From assembly GCA_965214095.1 (NCBI GenBank), contig OZ243938.1, forward strand, positions 3,296,001 to 3,360,000: a stretch of DNA of 64,000 nucleotides, written 5' to 3'. The notes beneath the pieces are model-generated. The model was not told the DNA's origin and searched no databases. It saw nothing but the letters and a program-made list of their open reading frames with translations. The position numbers were made by a program, and so were the translations under genes. Shown here piece after piece: positions 49,718-60,175 of the stretch (its first letter is position 1; each line of letters opens with the position of its first letter). Source of the DNA: Candidatus Poribacteria bacterium (GTDB lineage: Bacteria > Poribacteria > WGA-4E > WGA-3G).

Positions 49718-50305
49718 ATGAGCCAATTTAAAACATTTTATCAAACAGAAGTTGTGCCTGCTTTACAAAAGGAATTCAATTACAGTAATGTTATGCAGGT
49801 GCCAAAATTAGAAAAAGTGACATTAAATATCGGGGTTGGTGAAGCGGTTCAAAATCCGAAAGCACTTGAAGATGCCGTTGAGGAGATGACGCGTATTGCG
49901 GGGCAACGGGCTATCATCACACGTGCAAAAAAATCTATCTCTGCATTCAAAATTAGAGGACCTTCAAGGATGACGCGTTCTCCTGGAAATGCAATCGGGT
50001 GTAAAGTCACACTGCGAAAGACTCGCATGTATGAATTCCTAAACCGCTTGATTAACGTCGTGTTACCTCAAATCAGAGATTTCCGAGGTGTTTCACCTGA
50101 TTCATTTGATGGACGCGGAAACTATTCCTTAGGATTAACTGAACAACTCATCTTTCCAGAAATTGATTATGATGATGTCAATGAAATCCGTGGTATGAAT
50201 GTGACAGTTGGAACATCCGCTCCAACTGATGAAGAAGCGCGTGCATTGCTACGTGAACTCGGCATGCCTTTCCGACAGCAACAAAATTCATCTAATGGAG
50301 TTTAG
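49718..50305 (+). CDS. rplE: 50S ribosomal protein L5
   Basis: [26 protein letters not shown]. Confidence 0.99.
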   Translation: MSQFKTFYQTEVVPALQKEFNYSNVMQVPKLEKVTLNIGVGEAVQNPKALEDAVEEMTRIAGQRAIITRAKKSISAFKIRGPSRMTRSPGNAIGCKVTLRKTRMYEFLNRLINVVLPQIRDFRGVSPDSFDGRGNYSLGLTEQLIFPEIDYDDVNEIRGMNVTVGTSAPTDEEARALLRELGMPFRQQQNSSNGV

Positions 50306-50337
50306 ACGAATAAGTCCAATTTAAAGGAGTATATAAT

Positions 50338-50523
50338 TTGGCAAGTAAATCATGGATTGCCAGAAATAAGAAGACCCCTCGCTTTAGCACACGGAAATAT
50401 AACCGGTGCAAAACCTGTGGACGTGCACGAGGGTATCTGCGTAAGTTTGAATTATGTCGTATCTGCTTTCGTCTGTATGCACGAGCGGGGAAAATTCCCG
50501 GTGTCAAAAAGGCGAGTTGGTAA
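50338..50523 (+). CDS. rpsN: 30S ribosomal protein S14, short zinc-binding type
   Basis: [23 protein letters not shown]; TTG start. Confidence 0.97.
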   Translation: MASKSWIARNKKTPRFSTRKYNRCKTCGRARGYLRKFELCRICFRLYARAGKIPGVKKASW

Positions 50524-50537
50524 AAGGAGATTATTTC

Positions 50538-50939
50538 ATGTCAATGACTGACCCAATCGCAGATATGTTAACGCGGATACGCAATGCCAATATGAATGGG
50601 CATGAGCGCGTTGAGGTTTCTGCGTCCAAACTGAAGTTAGAAATCGCTCGTGTTTTGTCTGATGAAGGTTTCATTCGGAACTACCGATCAATTGAAGATG
50701 GCAAACAAGGCATTATACGAATCTATCTTAAATATGGAGCAAACAATAAAGAGAAGGCTATTACCAACCTAAAGCGAATTAGTAAACCAGGAAGACGGGT
50801 TTACACAAAATCGGACAAGCTTCCGCGGGTCTTTGGTGACTTAGGTGTCGCTATCCTGTCAACATCGCATGGAGTCAAGACCTCCATGGAGTGTAGACGG
50901 GCAAAAATCGGTGGTGAAGTCCTCTGTTTTGTTTGGTAA
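50538..50939 (+). CDS. rpsH: 30S ribosomal protein S8
   Basis: [26 protein letters not shown]; ATG 50538. Confidence 0.99.
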   Translation: MSMTDPIADMLTRIRNANMNGHERVEVSASKLKLEIARVLSDEGFIRNYRSIEDGKQGIIRIYLKYGANNKEKAITNLKRISKPGRRVYTKSDKLPRVFGDLGVAILSTSHGVKTSMECRRAKIGGEVLCFVW

Positions 50940-50998
50940 ACAAGTCTTTTGCCCATCACTACATATTGACGGCAACAAATGTTAATTGGAGAAATAGA

Positions 50999-51565
50999 AT
51001 GTCACGTATAGGACAAATTCCAATCCCAATACCGAATTCAGTGAAAGTGGATTTCAATGACAGCGAAGTCCAAGTTGAAGGTCCCAAAGGTTCATTGAAT
51101 TGGGTTGTCCCACAAGGAATTGAAGCAACTGTAGAAGAAAATACTATTACCATTTCACGTTCAAACGAACACAGAAAACAGAAAGCACTACACGGTTTGA
51201 CACGTAGTCTCATCGCCAATATGGTGACAGGTGTATCAGAGGGATTTGAAAAAAAATTACGCGTCGTGGGGACAGGATATCGGGCAGATGTCACTAACCA
51301 GAATGTCTTAACGCTTGATGTCGGATATTCACACACTGTAACTTACACACCACCTGATGAAATCACATTGACTGTTGAGCCACCAGAGAGTATAGATGGT
51401 CAAACACACATTCTTATTGTAGTGAGTGGGATAGATAAGCAAGTAGTGGGACAGGTCGCTGCCTCTATTCGTCAAATAAAGAAACCTGAAACATACAAAC
51501 CGAGTAAAGGTATTCGATACGATGGTGAACGCGTACGAGACAAAGAAGGTAAAGTTGCAGGATAA
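50999..51565 (+). CDS. rplF: 50S ribosomal protein L6
   Basis: MSRIG, GPKG, NMVTGVSEGF, GIDKQVVGQ. Confidence 0.98.
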   Translation: MSRIGQIPIPIPNSVKVDFNDSEVQVEGPKGSLNWVVPQGIEATVEENTITISRSNEHRKQKALHGLTRSLIANMVTGVSEGFEKKLRVVGTGYRADVTNQNVLTLDVGYSHTVTYTPPDEITLTVEPPESIDGQTHILIVVSGIDKQVVGQVAASIRQIKKPETYKPSKGIRYDGERVRDKEGKVAG

Positions 51566-51683
51566 CAATAATATTTATCAATGTCCTTGCCTTGTCGGTG
51601 TCCTTTTTAGATACACTGATAATTGTCTCTAAGAAATTATAATTTTGTCAGAATGTACTGGTTTAGCTGCGGGAGGAAATCCG

Positions 51684-52052
51684 TTGGATAAGTTTAAGAG
51701 AAAACAGAATAGCCATCTCAGACGAAAACGTAGAGTTCGTCGAAAAATTAGCGGAACAACACAACGTCCCCGGCTTTCTGTTAATAGAAGTTTAAAACAT
51801 ATATATGCCCAAATCATTGATGATGAGAATGGTAAGACGCTTGCTCATGCCTCCAGTTTATCTCCTGAAATTAGAGATAATGCCGCTGAAGGTGGAAAAA
51901 TACAAGTCGCAAAAAATGTTGGACAACTCATCGCGCAAAAGGCAAAAGAACAACAGATTGCGGGGGTTGTTTTTGACAGGAGTGGTAATCTATATCATGG
52001 TCGGATCAAAGCCCTCGCTGAAGCTGCAAGAGAAGGTGGGTTAAAGTTTTAA
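51684..52052 (+). CDS. rplR: 50S ribosomal protein L18
   Basis: [25 protein letters not shown]; TTG 51684 after GGAGG. Confidence 0.98.
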   Translation: MDKFKRKQNSHLRRKRRVRRKISGTTQRPRLSVNRSLKHIYAQIIDDENGKTLAHASSLSPEIRDNAAEGGKIQVAKNVGQLIAQKAKEQQIAGVVFDRSGNLYHGRIKALAEAAREGGLKF

Positions 52053-52085
52053 ATTACCCGCATTATTTCTTGAGAGGAGACTTTT

Positions 52086-52616
52086 TTGCAAAAAGATAGA
52101 ATAAATCCTGAAGATTATGAATTTGAAGAACAACCTATTGCAATAAATCGCGTTATGCGTGTCGGCAAAGGAAGAAGAACACCCAGTTTTAATGCTCTTT
52201 CTGTTGTCGGCAATCGTGATGGAATCGTTGGGATAGGTTTTGGAAGTGCAAGCGAAATTACTGGGGCGTTACGAAAAAGTTTAGCCGATGCGCGCAAGAA
52301 CCTAATACGTGTTCCCTTGTCTGATGGTACACTTCCACATGAAATACTCTGCGAATTCAAAGCTGCTAAAGTATTACTAAAACCGGCAAGACCGGGTACA
52401 GGTATCATTGCTGGGCATGCGACTCGTTCTATTTTGGAATACGCAGGTGTCCGCGATGCACTCACAAAATGCCTTTCTTCCAGAAACGTCAAAAATATTG
52501 CTGAGGCAACGATGGTCGGTTTGAGAAGCCTCAAAGATGTCAATGAAGTCGCTCGAATTCGCGGCAAAACAGTGGAAGAACTCTTACATAAACGTCCTAC
52601 AAATTCTAACAGCTGA
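52086..52616 (+). CDS. rpsE: 30S ribosomal protein S5
   Basis: INRV, AL.VVG, LKPA.PGTGIIAG. Confidence 0.97.
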   Translation: MQKDRINPEDYEFEEQPIAINRVMRVGKGRRTPSFNALSVVGNRDGIVGIGFGSASEITGALRKSLADARKNLIRVPLSDGTLPHEILCEFKAAKVLLKPARPGTGIIAGHATRSILEYAGVRDALTKCLSSRNVKNIAEATMVGLRSLKDVNEVARIRGKTVEELLHKRPTNSNS

Positions 52617-52652
52617 GACAACTCAGTCATTTTTTAAGGAACGACAGATTAA

Positions 52653-53099
52653 ATGAAACTCAATGAACTTAAACCTGCCCGTGGTTCAAAGCGGAAACGT
52701 AAACGTATTGGACGCGGCAGCGGCTCAGGGAAAGGTGGCACTGCTGGCCGTGGACACAAAGGTCAAAAATCACGGTCTGGTGCTTCAATCCCCGCTTGGT
52801 TTGAAGGTGGACAGATGCCTTTGGTCAGGCGCGTACCGAAACGCGGTCCACGCAGAATTGCACATAAACGTTTTGAATATGATGTTGTAAATATTAAGAC
52901 ATTAAATCTATTTGAAGATGAACTTGAGATAACTCCTGAACGTTTACGAGAAGCAGGAATCGTCAAACGAAAGAACGCTCTTATAAAAATACTCGGTGAT
53001 GGCGAACTTAGCAAAAAGTTAAAAGTGCGCGCGCATCGTTTTTCTAAAACAGCAATTGAAAAAATTGAAGCGCAAGGCGGCACAGTTGAGGTGATATAA
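52653..53099 (+). CDS. rplO: 50S ribosomal protein L15
   Basis: GRG.GSGKG, GHKGQKSRSG, FEGGQMPL. Confidence 0.99.
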   Translation: MKLNELKPARGSKRKRKRIGRGSGSGKGGTAGRGHKGQKSRSGASIPAWFEGGQMPLVRRVPKRGPRRIAHKRFEYDVVNIKTLNLFEDELEITPERLREAGIVKRKNALIKILGDGELSKKLKVRAHRFSKTAIEKIEAQGGTVEVI

Positions 53100-54443
53100 G
53101 TGTTCAAGGCTATTCAAAACGCTTTTAAAATACCTGAATTACGTAAACGGATAATTTTTTCTTTACTGTTATTGGTTGTATATAGACTCGGTGCACATAT
53201 AACATTACCCGGAATTGACGATGGGGCACTTGAGATATTCTTTAATCAACTTATGGAACGGACAGGTAATGTCCTTGCGTTGATTAATGTCTTCTCAGGC
53301 GGTGCATTCGGTCAAATGACGATTTTCGCACTCGGAATACAACCCTATATCACCGCGGCGATTATCATGCAGCTGCTACCGATGATCGTCCCATCCTTGG
53401 AAAAACTCTCAAAAGAACCGGATGGACGCAAAAAGATCACACAATATACTCGGTATGGTACCGTTCTCCTCAGTATTGTCCAAGGTATAACAATCACAAT
53501 TCTGTTGAGAAACCCAGAACAACTTATCGGTGGTGGTGCAGGCGTAATCGTTAACAATCCTACTATTTGGTGGCACGCGCTTTCTGTTCTAACACTGACC
53601 GCAGGCACAGCATTCGTGATGTGGCTTGGGGAACAGATTACCGAACGCGGTATCGGACAAGGTATCTCTATTATTATTACCGTCGGTATTATGGCAGGAT
53701 TCCCAAGCGGTGTTGCTACTGTATTTTCCAGATTATTTAGTCCTGAGGCAGGTTTTGAAATTATACATCTTGCGGGATTAATATTACTTATTGTAGTCGC
53801 GGTATCAGGCACAATTTTTATCCATCTGTCTGTCCGAAAGATCCCTATCCAATACGGAAGACAAATACGCGGTGGCAAAGTGTTCGGTGGACGTTCTATG
53901 CATTTTCCACTTCGGGTTAATGCTGCAGGTATGATACCTATTATTTTCGCTGTCTACCTAATGACGTTCCCAGGATTCATTATCGGAATTATGCCACAAG
54001 ATTGGACTTGGGTTGGTACATTGGCAAGTATGATGGATCCAACAAACCCTTCCATCTTCTATCTGGGTATATATGCGTTATTAATCATAGGATTTACATA
54101 CTTCTACACCGCGGTACAAATCAATCCTGTTCAAATTGCTGAAGACTTACAGAAAAACGGGGGGTTTGTTCCAGGACTACGTCCAGGTAAGCAAACGGCA
54201 GATTACTTCAATACAACTTTGACACGAATCACACTTCCCGGGGCATTGTTCCTTGCTGGTATTGCTGTAATTCCTATTGCTATCACCAGTGGACTTGGTG
54301 TCGGTAATATGGTTGATGGTGCATCCATTCTCATTGTTGTTGGTGTTGTACTGGATACTGTTTCGCAAGTCGAATCTTATTTAACAATGCGTCATTATGA
54401 TGGATTCTTAAAAGACAGACGTTTGAAAGGACGTAGAAGATAA
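53100..54443 (+). CDS. secY: Preprotein translocase SecY
   Basis: FALGIQPYITA, WLGEQITERGIG, PIIFA, PGLRPG. Confidence 0.99.
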   Translation: MFKAIQNAFKIPELRKRIIFSLLLLVVYRLGAHITLPGIDDGALEIFFNQLMERTGNVLALINVFSGGAFGQMTIFALGIQPYITAAIIMQLLPMIVPSLEKLSKEPDGRKKITQYTRYGTVLLSIVQGITITILLRNPEQLIGGGAGVIVNNPTIWWHALSVLTLTAGTAFVMWLGEQITERGIGQGISIIITVGIMAGFPSGVATVFSRLFSPEAGFEIIHLAGLILLIVVAVSGTIFIHLSVRKIPIQYGRQIRGGKVFGGRSMHFPLRVNAAGMIPIIFAVYLMTFPGFIIGIMPQDWTWVGTLASMMDPTNPSIFYLGIYALLIIGFTYFYTAVQINPVQIAEDLQKNGGFVPGLRPGKQTADYFNTTLTRITLPGALFLAGIAVIPIAITSGLGVGNMVDGASILIVVGVVLDTVSQVESYLTMRHYDGFLKDRRLKGRRR

Positions 54444-54509
54444 ACGAAGAGTCTGTAAATATTCTTTATAGATGAATCAGTTACGTTGAATGAATGAAAA
54501 GGGAAAATT

Positions 54510-54626
54510 ATGAAAGTCCGAGCATCAGTTAAGAAAATGTGTAACCGCTGTAAAGTAATCAAGAGAAAAGGTATTGTTCGCGTCATTTGTCCTTCAAATC
54601 CGAAGCACAAACAACGTCAAGGATAA
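54510..54626 (+). CDS. rpmJ: 50S ribosomal protein L36 (zinc-binding form)
   Basis: Below ORF-track cutoff; [38 protein letters not shown]. Confidence 0.98.
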   Translation: MKVRASVKKMCNRCKVIKRKGIVRVICPSNPKHKQRQG

Positions 54627-54653
54627 TGCCAATCGATATATAAGGAGACAACC

Positions 54654-55049
54654 ATGGCACGTATAGCAGGAGTGGATTTACCGCGTACGAAACGTATTGA
54701 CATTGCACTGACAGCCATCTATGGCATTGGTCGTTATACTGCATCTCAAATTGTCAACGACCTTAGTATTGACCCAGCCAAGAAGGTTGATGCTTTAGCA
54801 GAAAACGAAGTTAGTAGACTCAGAGATAAAATCACTGAAGAATATCAAGTTGAAGGTGACTTACGCCGTGAAGTTGATCAGAACATAAAACGTTTAATGG
54901 ATATTAACAGTTATCGTGGACTCCGTCACAGACGGCAATTGCCTGTGCGAGGACAACGTACAAATACCAATGCACGTACACGCAAAGGTAAAGCACGTAC
55001 AATTTCTGTTGGCAGGAAAGCCAAAGAGGCAGCCCGTAAAGGCGGTTGA
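54654..55049 (+). CDS. rpsM: 30S ribosomal protein S13
   Basis: [21 protein letters not shown]. Confidence 0.99.
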   Translation: MARIAGVDLPRTKRIDIALTAIYGIGRYTASQIVNDLSIDPAKKVDALAENEVSRLRDKITEEYQVEGDLRREVDQNIKRLMDINSYRGLRHRRQLPVRGQRTNTNARTRKGKARTISVGRKAKEAARKGG

Positions 55050-55149
55050 TATTCAAAGAGTTTTGCAGCAATGGTTTTCTCTTCCTTTACAAGAATACAT
55101 TGCTGCGAACACAACCCCACACTTTATGTCTATATAAAGGAGAAATAGA

Positions 55150-55521
55150 TTGCGTTCACGAAGACGGGAACGAAAAAATGTGCCTGAAGGCATTGCGCAC
55201 ATACAGGCTACGTTCAATAACACAATTGTGACTATCACTGACCTTAATGGTAATACGGTTGCTTGGGCAAGCGCGGGGATGACGTTTCCAGGTTCAAGGA
55301 AATCTACGCCATTTGCTGCACAACAGACAGCAGAATCATGTGCAAGAAAAGCAATGGAACACGGGATGAAACGCGTTGAAGTGAGAGTCAAAGGACCCGG
55401 GTCAGGACGAGAATCCTCTATACGAGCACTCGCCGCTGCCGGTTTAGAAATTACTTTGATGAAGGACATGACACCCATTCCACATAACGGATGTCGTCCA
55501 CCAAAAAAACGAAGGGTGTAA
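55150..55521 (+). CDS. rpsK: 30S ribosomal protein S11
   Basis: [30 protein letters not shown]. Confidence 0.99.
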   Translation: MRSRRRERKNVPEGIAHIQATFNNTIVTITDLNGNTVAWASAGMTFPGSRKSTPFAAQQTAESCARKAMEHGMKRVEVRVKGPGSGRESSIRALAAAGLEITLMKDMTPIPHNGCRPPKKRRV

Positions 55522-55534
55522 ATCAAGGAGACAC

Positions 55535-56167
55535 ATGAGTAGGTATTTAGATTCTGTCTGTAAATTATGTCGACGGGAGGGTGAGAAACTTTTTCTGAAA
55601 GGTCGCAGATGCCTCGGATCAAAATGTTCTTTTGAACGTAGAAGTTATCCACCTGGAGATCATGGTCAAAAGCCGCCATCACGCACTCGCAGCGAATACC
55701 GACGACAGCTACGAACAAAGCAAAAAGCAAAGCGGATCTACGGGGTTTTTGAGAAACAATTCCGCAATTACTATTTTAAAGCTGCACGACAATCGGGTAT
55801 TACCGGCGAGAACCTAATCGCATTCCTAGAACGGCGATTAGACAACGTCGTTTACCGACTCGGTTTTGCCACATCACGAAAACAAGCCAGACAATTAGTG
55901 AAGCACAACCACTTCACTGTCAACGGAAAGCGCGTAAATATCCCCTCATATTTAGTTCAAGTTGGTGATATTATTACACCACGCGAAAAAAGTCGTGATA
56001 GCATCACTATTCAAGAGGCATTAGAATTTTCGAAGCAACGCGGCGCACCAGAATGGCTCGAAATTGATGCTGATAAACCTGAAGGACGCGTTCAGGGCGC
56101 ACCAATCGTTGAACAAATTGCAGCTGAGTTAGACACACAACTTATTATTGAATTGTACTCAAGATAA
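55535..56167 (+). CDS. rpsD: 30S ribosomal protein S4
   Basis: CKLCRREG zinc ribbon, [20 protein letters not shown]. Confidence 0.99.
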   Translation: MSRYLDSVCKLCRREGEKLFLKGRRCLGSKCSFERRSYPPGDHGQKPPSRTRSEYRRQLRTKQKAKRIYGVFEKQFRNYYFKAARQSGITGENLIAFLERRLDNVVYRLGFATSRKQARQLVKHNHFTVNGKRVNIPSYLVQVGDIITPREKSRDSITIQEALEFSKQRGAPEWLEIDADKPEGRVQGAPIVEQIAAELDTQLIIELYSR

Positions 56168-56565
56168 CAACATTTTCTCTCTTGATTCTGTTCAGATATG
56201 ACACATTCAGTTGTGTTTATACAATTGGCATATTGGACAGTATGATAGGTAGGCGCGCGTTTTGTCTTCAAGCATCCTGATTGAACAAAACATAGTATAA
56301 TTCGTGCTTACCCACACAAGGAGATATATCACGTTGTCATCTCATAACCTACCTTGTTGGTGTTTCGTTCTCATTGTTGCTTGAGAGACTGCGGTGTTAC
56401 AAAGAGTGGTATTAATAAGTACATAGGCTAAATATAACTTTACAGTTCTTACATCTTACACACTACTAACACTCACAAACATGTGATGGTGTAAATAGTT
56501 CTGTTTTGAGAACTGAACCTGTATGCCTTTCAAAATAAAAAACTTATGCCTATAGGAGGAAATTG

Positions 56566-57555
56566 ATGGATAGTTTGACATTAACAGTGCCAGAACGTTT
56601 GGTAGCCGATACCGAAACTTTACAAAACAATTATGCAAAGTACACCGCTGAACCGCTTGAAAGAGGCTTCGGAACTACATTGGGAAACTCACTACGACGA
56701 GTCCTTCTGTCATCCATTAAAGGGGCTGCCATCACTGCTATTCAAATTGATCAAGTCAAGCATGAATATTCAACTATTCCAGGTATTTTAGAAGATGTTG
56801 TACAAATAATACTTAACCTCAAGGCAATTCGGTTTCGGCTTTTATCAGACGACCCCCTGTTATTGGAACTCAAAGGGGATGGTTCAGGAGAACTTACTGC
56901 TGCTGACATCCGTTCAAATGCTCTGGTTGAGATCATCAACCCTGACCAACATATCGCCACACTTGATAAGTGCCAAGGTATAGATATGGAAATTCAGATT
57001 GAGCCAGGACGTGGATACTCACTCGCTGAGGACCATCGTGACGCAAGTCAACCCATTGGATGGATTCCGATTGACGCAAAATTCTCTCCTGTTGAAAAGG
57101 TAAACTTCTATGTCCAGGAAACACGGGTTGAAGATATGACCAATTTTGATCAACTCAATCTTGAAATCTGGACGGATGGGAGTATTACACCCAAACAGGC
57201 AATTACGCAGGCTGCAGAAACCTTACGCAATCAACTAGACATCTTCACTGATTTTGATGAAAGCTACGTAGAAGAAGTACCCGAGATTGACGAAGCGATG
57301 ATACTCAGAAATAGATATTTGTCTAAACCTGTTGCTGACTTGGAACTCTCAGTGCGAGCTGGCAACTGTCTTGAGACAGCAAATATCAAAACTATCCGTG
57401 AACTTGTTGTTAAGAGTGAAAAAGAAATGTTAGAATACAAGAATTTTGGGAAAACTTCTCTCAATGAAATCAAAGACCAACTTGCTAATATGGGGTTAAC
57501 TCTCGGAATGGATTTGGATGATGACTCTTACATTGACACTGAGGAGGAGAATTAA
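56566..57555 (+). CDS. rpoA: RNA polymerase alpha subunit
   Basis: EPLERGFGTTLGNSLRRVLLSS, LSVRA.NCL, NFGKTSL; ATG 56566 after AGGAGG. Confidence 0.99.
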   Translation: MDSLTLTVPERLVADTETLQNNYAKYTAEPLERGFGTTLGNSLRRVLLSSIKGAAITAIQIDQVKHEYSTIPGILEDVVQIILNLKAIRFRLLSDDPLLLELKGDGSGELTAADIRSNALVEIINPDQHIATLDKCQGIDMEIQIEPGRGYSLAEDHRDASQPIGWIPIDAKFSPVEKVNFYVQETRVEDMTNFDQLNLEIWTDGSITPKQAITQAAETLRNQLDIFTDFDESYVEEVPEIDEAMILRNRYLSKPVADLELSVRAGNCLETANIKTIRELVVKSEKEMLEYKNFGKTSLNEIKDQLANMGLTLGMDLDDDSYIDTEEEN

Positions 57556-57957
57556 ATGCGACACAGAAAACGTGGCAGGAAATTAGGGCGTACCACAAGC
57601 CACAGGAATGCACTTTTTCGCAACCAAGCCACCGCGCTTTTTGAACATGAGCAAATCCGAAGTACTTTGCACAAATGCAAAGAACTCCGGCGGGTTGCGG
57701 AAAAACTGATTACGCTCGCGAAACAAGATACCCTTCAGGCACGACGACGTGCTGCAGGCATGTTATATGGGAGCAAATTACATTATAAACCGCGCCGTGG
57801 TGAATCAGGTAACTTACAAAAACAAGCTATACTTCAGAAACTATTTGAGGATATAGCACCTCGATACCAAGATCGGAATGGTGGGTATACACGTATAATT
57901 CGTGGTGAATTGAGACGCGGTGATGGTGCCCAGATGGCATACATTCAACTTGTTTAA
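57556..57957 (+). CDS. rplQ: 50S ribosomal protein L17
   Basis: MRHRK, EKLITLAK, RNGGYTRI, RRGDGA. Confidence 0.99.
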   Translation: MRHRKRGRKLGRTTSHRNALFRNQATALFEHEQIRSTLHKCKELRRVAEKLITLAKQDTLQARRRAAGMLYGSKLHYKPRRGESGNLQKQAILQKLFEDIAPRYQDRNGGYTRIIRGELRRGDGAQMAYIQLV

Positions 57958-57991
57958 CTATTAATGCAGTTTCCAAACCATATTATATTAG

Positions 57992-58032
57992 AAACAATGA
58001 AGGGTGGAGTTTAACTCCACCCTTCATTGTTT
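57992..58032. terminator. Strong hairpin ending the alpha operon, probably bidirectional
   Basis: AAACAATGAAGGGTGGAGTT / AACTCCACCCTTCATTGTTT perfect inverted repeat between convergent genes. Confidence 0.85.
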
Positions 58033-58034
58033 AA

Positions 58035-58168
58035 TATTGAAATGTAAAAATACGTGCACATTCCCCGGTAGATGCGGTTTCCTAACCGCATCTATGAGAC
58101 TGAACAAACACCGGTTCGGTTATGAAACCGAACCTACCGTAGTGTGTAAATAATTATGGTTTTTACTA
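58035..58168 (-). mobile_element. MITE-like element with REP doublet (copy 2, inverted)
   Basis: Reverse complement aligns along its whole length with 33286-33418, with a few mismatches. Confidence 0.8.
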
Positions 58169-58169
58169 T

Positions 58170-59450
58170 TTAAAATCGGTATGCTCCTGATACGAAAAAT
58201 CGGTGAGAATTGCGTTCTGTCATCAACTCAGCTCTTTCTTGCTGCCAATTCCCCCACATATAGGCAAGATCAAATTTCACGGATTCCTCAAAAACCTTCC
58301 CTATACCGAATGTTAGGTAATCACGCTCATTTTCTATCTCAGCATCCGTAAATGGAATTGTATCGCGAAAATAACCTGCCCGAACATAAGAATCGATCAC
58401 AGGTATACGGAATTCAACGCCTATCCTGGCTTGAAGTGTCGTTGTGTAGTATTCTTCAAAAAAGTCGTCAGGAAAGTTCTCTGCTGGTGGTGGGTCATAA
58501 CGTGTTTGCCGCCAATCCGTAAGTTGAACATCTCCCGCCAAAATCAACTGTTCATCCAACAGTTTAATTGCAACACCAGTAGCAATCTCAAAAGGTCTTT
58601 CGATATCAAAACCAATGATACCTTCTCCAACTACAGGTTCACTTTCGCTATTATCATTGTTATATGACTTCTCATATTGATACCAATGTTCGTCAACTGT
58701 CAGTTCAGTTGGTGCGACAAATGTAATACCGAGACTGATAACATCAATAAAATTAGCCAAAATACCTACCCGTCCACCGATTCCTGAGTATTCTCGGTCA
58801 ATTTCATCAATGCCTTTAATTCTGGACAAATCTTCATTAATATTCAACGTATTTGTCGCGGTCACTTCCACATCTTTAAGACTACTCCCATTCCAGAAAT
58901 CTATTGAACCGCCTATCAGAAAGTTTTCAGAGATGTATACACTGCCACCAAAACTCCAAATCCCTATACCGCCTGAGTTCCTGTGGGTTTCATCTAAATA
59001 AAATCCGTTATATCTGCTTAATGAACTCGGGTCAATACCATCAACGTTTGTCTGGAAATCAAAGTTTTGGGCACGATTATAGCCGAATGCTATTGCCAGT
59101 CCTCCCTGTTCGGCATAAAATGGGTAAACGAACCCGATTGAATTTGGACGGAGTTGCGAACGGCTTGTTCCAGTGGGATCATCGTTACCAAAGAATGTGT
59201 CAGTACTTGCAATATTATGAGAAAAACTTGTGAACAATTCAAACTTCTTGATCTGTGCCAGTCCTGCTGGATTCCAATATAATGCGGTGAAATCATCGGC
59301 AATGCCAAGTGTTGCACCACCCATACCCATTGTCCTTGCACCTATACCAAATGTGTTACCGATTGCTATCTCTTCATCTTGTGCTGGACATACGATAGCG
59401 AATAGACTGCTAAGTAGACAGACAAATACCCCCAGAACTACTCGTTTCAT
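58170..59450 (-). CDS. Outer-membrane beta-barrel, FadL/OmpP1-like
   Basis: Signal peptide, GARTMGMGGA, ALYWNPAGL, alternating beta pattern, terminal YRF. Confidence 0.85.
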   Translation of the reverse strand: MKRVVLGVFVCLLSSLFAIVCPAQDEEIAIGNTFGIGARTMGMGGATLGIADDFTALYWNPAGLAQIKKFELFTSFSHNIASTDTFFGNDDPTGTSRSQLRPNSIGFVYPFYAEQGGLAIAFGYNRAQNFDFQTNVDGIDPSSLSRYNGFYLDETHRNSGGIGIWSFGGSVYISENFLIGGSIDFWNGSSLKDVEVTATNTLNINEDLSRIKGIDEIDREYSGIGGRVGILANFIDVISLGITFVAPTELTVDEHWYQYEKSYNNDNSESEPVVGEGIIGFDIERPFEIATGVAIKLLDEQLILAGDVQLTDWRQTRYDPPPAENFPDDFFEEYYTTTLQARIGVEFRIPVIDSYVRAGYFRDTIPFTDAEIENERDYLTFGIGKVFEESVKFDLAYMWGNWQQERAELMTERNSHRFFVSGAYRF

Positions 59451-59531
59451 TTCTTTTCTCCTTATTTACTTGTATTTTCTGTATTTATAGTAGATTTTAA
59501 GGTAGACAAATCACTATGCAGGAGTTATTGT

Positions 59532-60062
59532 TTATCTTCGTTTTTCTTGAGAACGTCCTGATAGAGAGTTTCTTGATGTTACGCTACGTGTATACTGTGC
59601 CCGACGTTGACCCTTCAGCACAGTCCTATTTTTGTAAGAGCCACGTTTGTAAGTGCCACGGGAAGTGTGATAAACTCTGCTGCCTTGATATCTTCCGTAA
59701 TATCCACGATATGGATAATAACTTCTGTAAGGATAATATCCATAATAAGGCGTATAATACCCATAGTACCAAGGACGGTAATAAGAGTAAGCGTAAGGTG
59801 GATAATACGAATAATAGTGTGGCGTATATGGCACCCAATAGGAGTCACTTAAGTATGAACGAGAATCGCGGTATGTAGGTTTACGACGACCATAATAACC
59901 TTCTGATGTGTCTGATTCTGTCTTATTTTCAGTTTTTTCTATATGACTGTCTTCTTTTTGCTTTAGGTTTCCCGTTTCGTAATAACTGAGTTTTGTATAA
60001 CAACCTGCAAATATAATCGTTGTTAAAAGAAGTAGCAGTGTAAGGACATATTTGATGTTCAT
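59532..60062 (-). CDS. Lipoprotein with Tyr/Pro/Gly-rich then Arg-rich low-complexity tail
   Basis: Lipobox FAGC-YT; YYPPYAYSYYRPWYYGYY; SD GGAGG; upstream of the barrel gene. Confidence 0.75.
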   Translation of the reverse strand: MNIKYVLTLLLLLTTIIFAGCYTKLSYYETGNLKQKEDSHIEKTENKTESDTSEGYYGRRKPTYRDSRSYLSDSYWVPYTPHYYSYYPPYAYSYYRPWYYGYYTPYYGYYPYRSYYPYRGYYGRYQGSRVYHTSRGTYKRGSYKNRTVLKGQRRAQYTRSVTSRNSLSGRSQEKRR

Positions 60063-60175
60063 TTATTTCTACCTCCATAGATCCAAGCATGGATGATGGT
60101 TATTATAACATGCCCCATCTAACCTGTCCATACTTTTCACTTGTCCATTCCAGATATAGATGGTAAACTGAAAAC

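Noticed and set aside
39753-55730. Numerous antisense and alternative-frame ORFs over ribosomal genes (e.g. 42307-42882, 55053-55730)
   Set aside because: Shadow ORFs of conserved, codon-biased genes, with no independent motifs.
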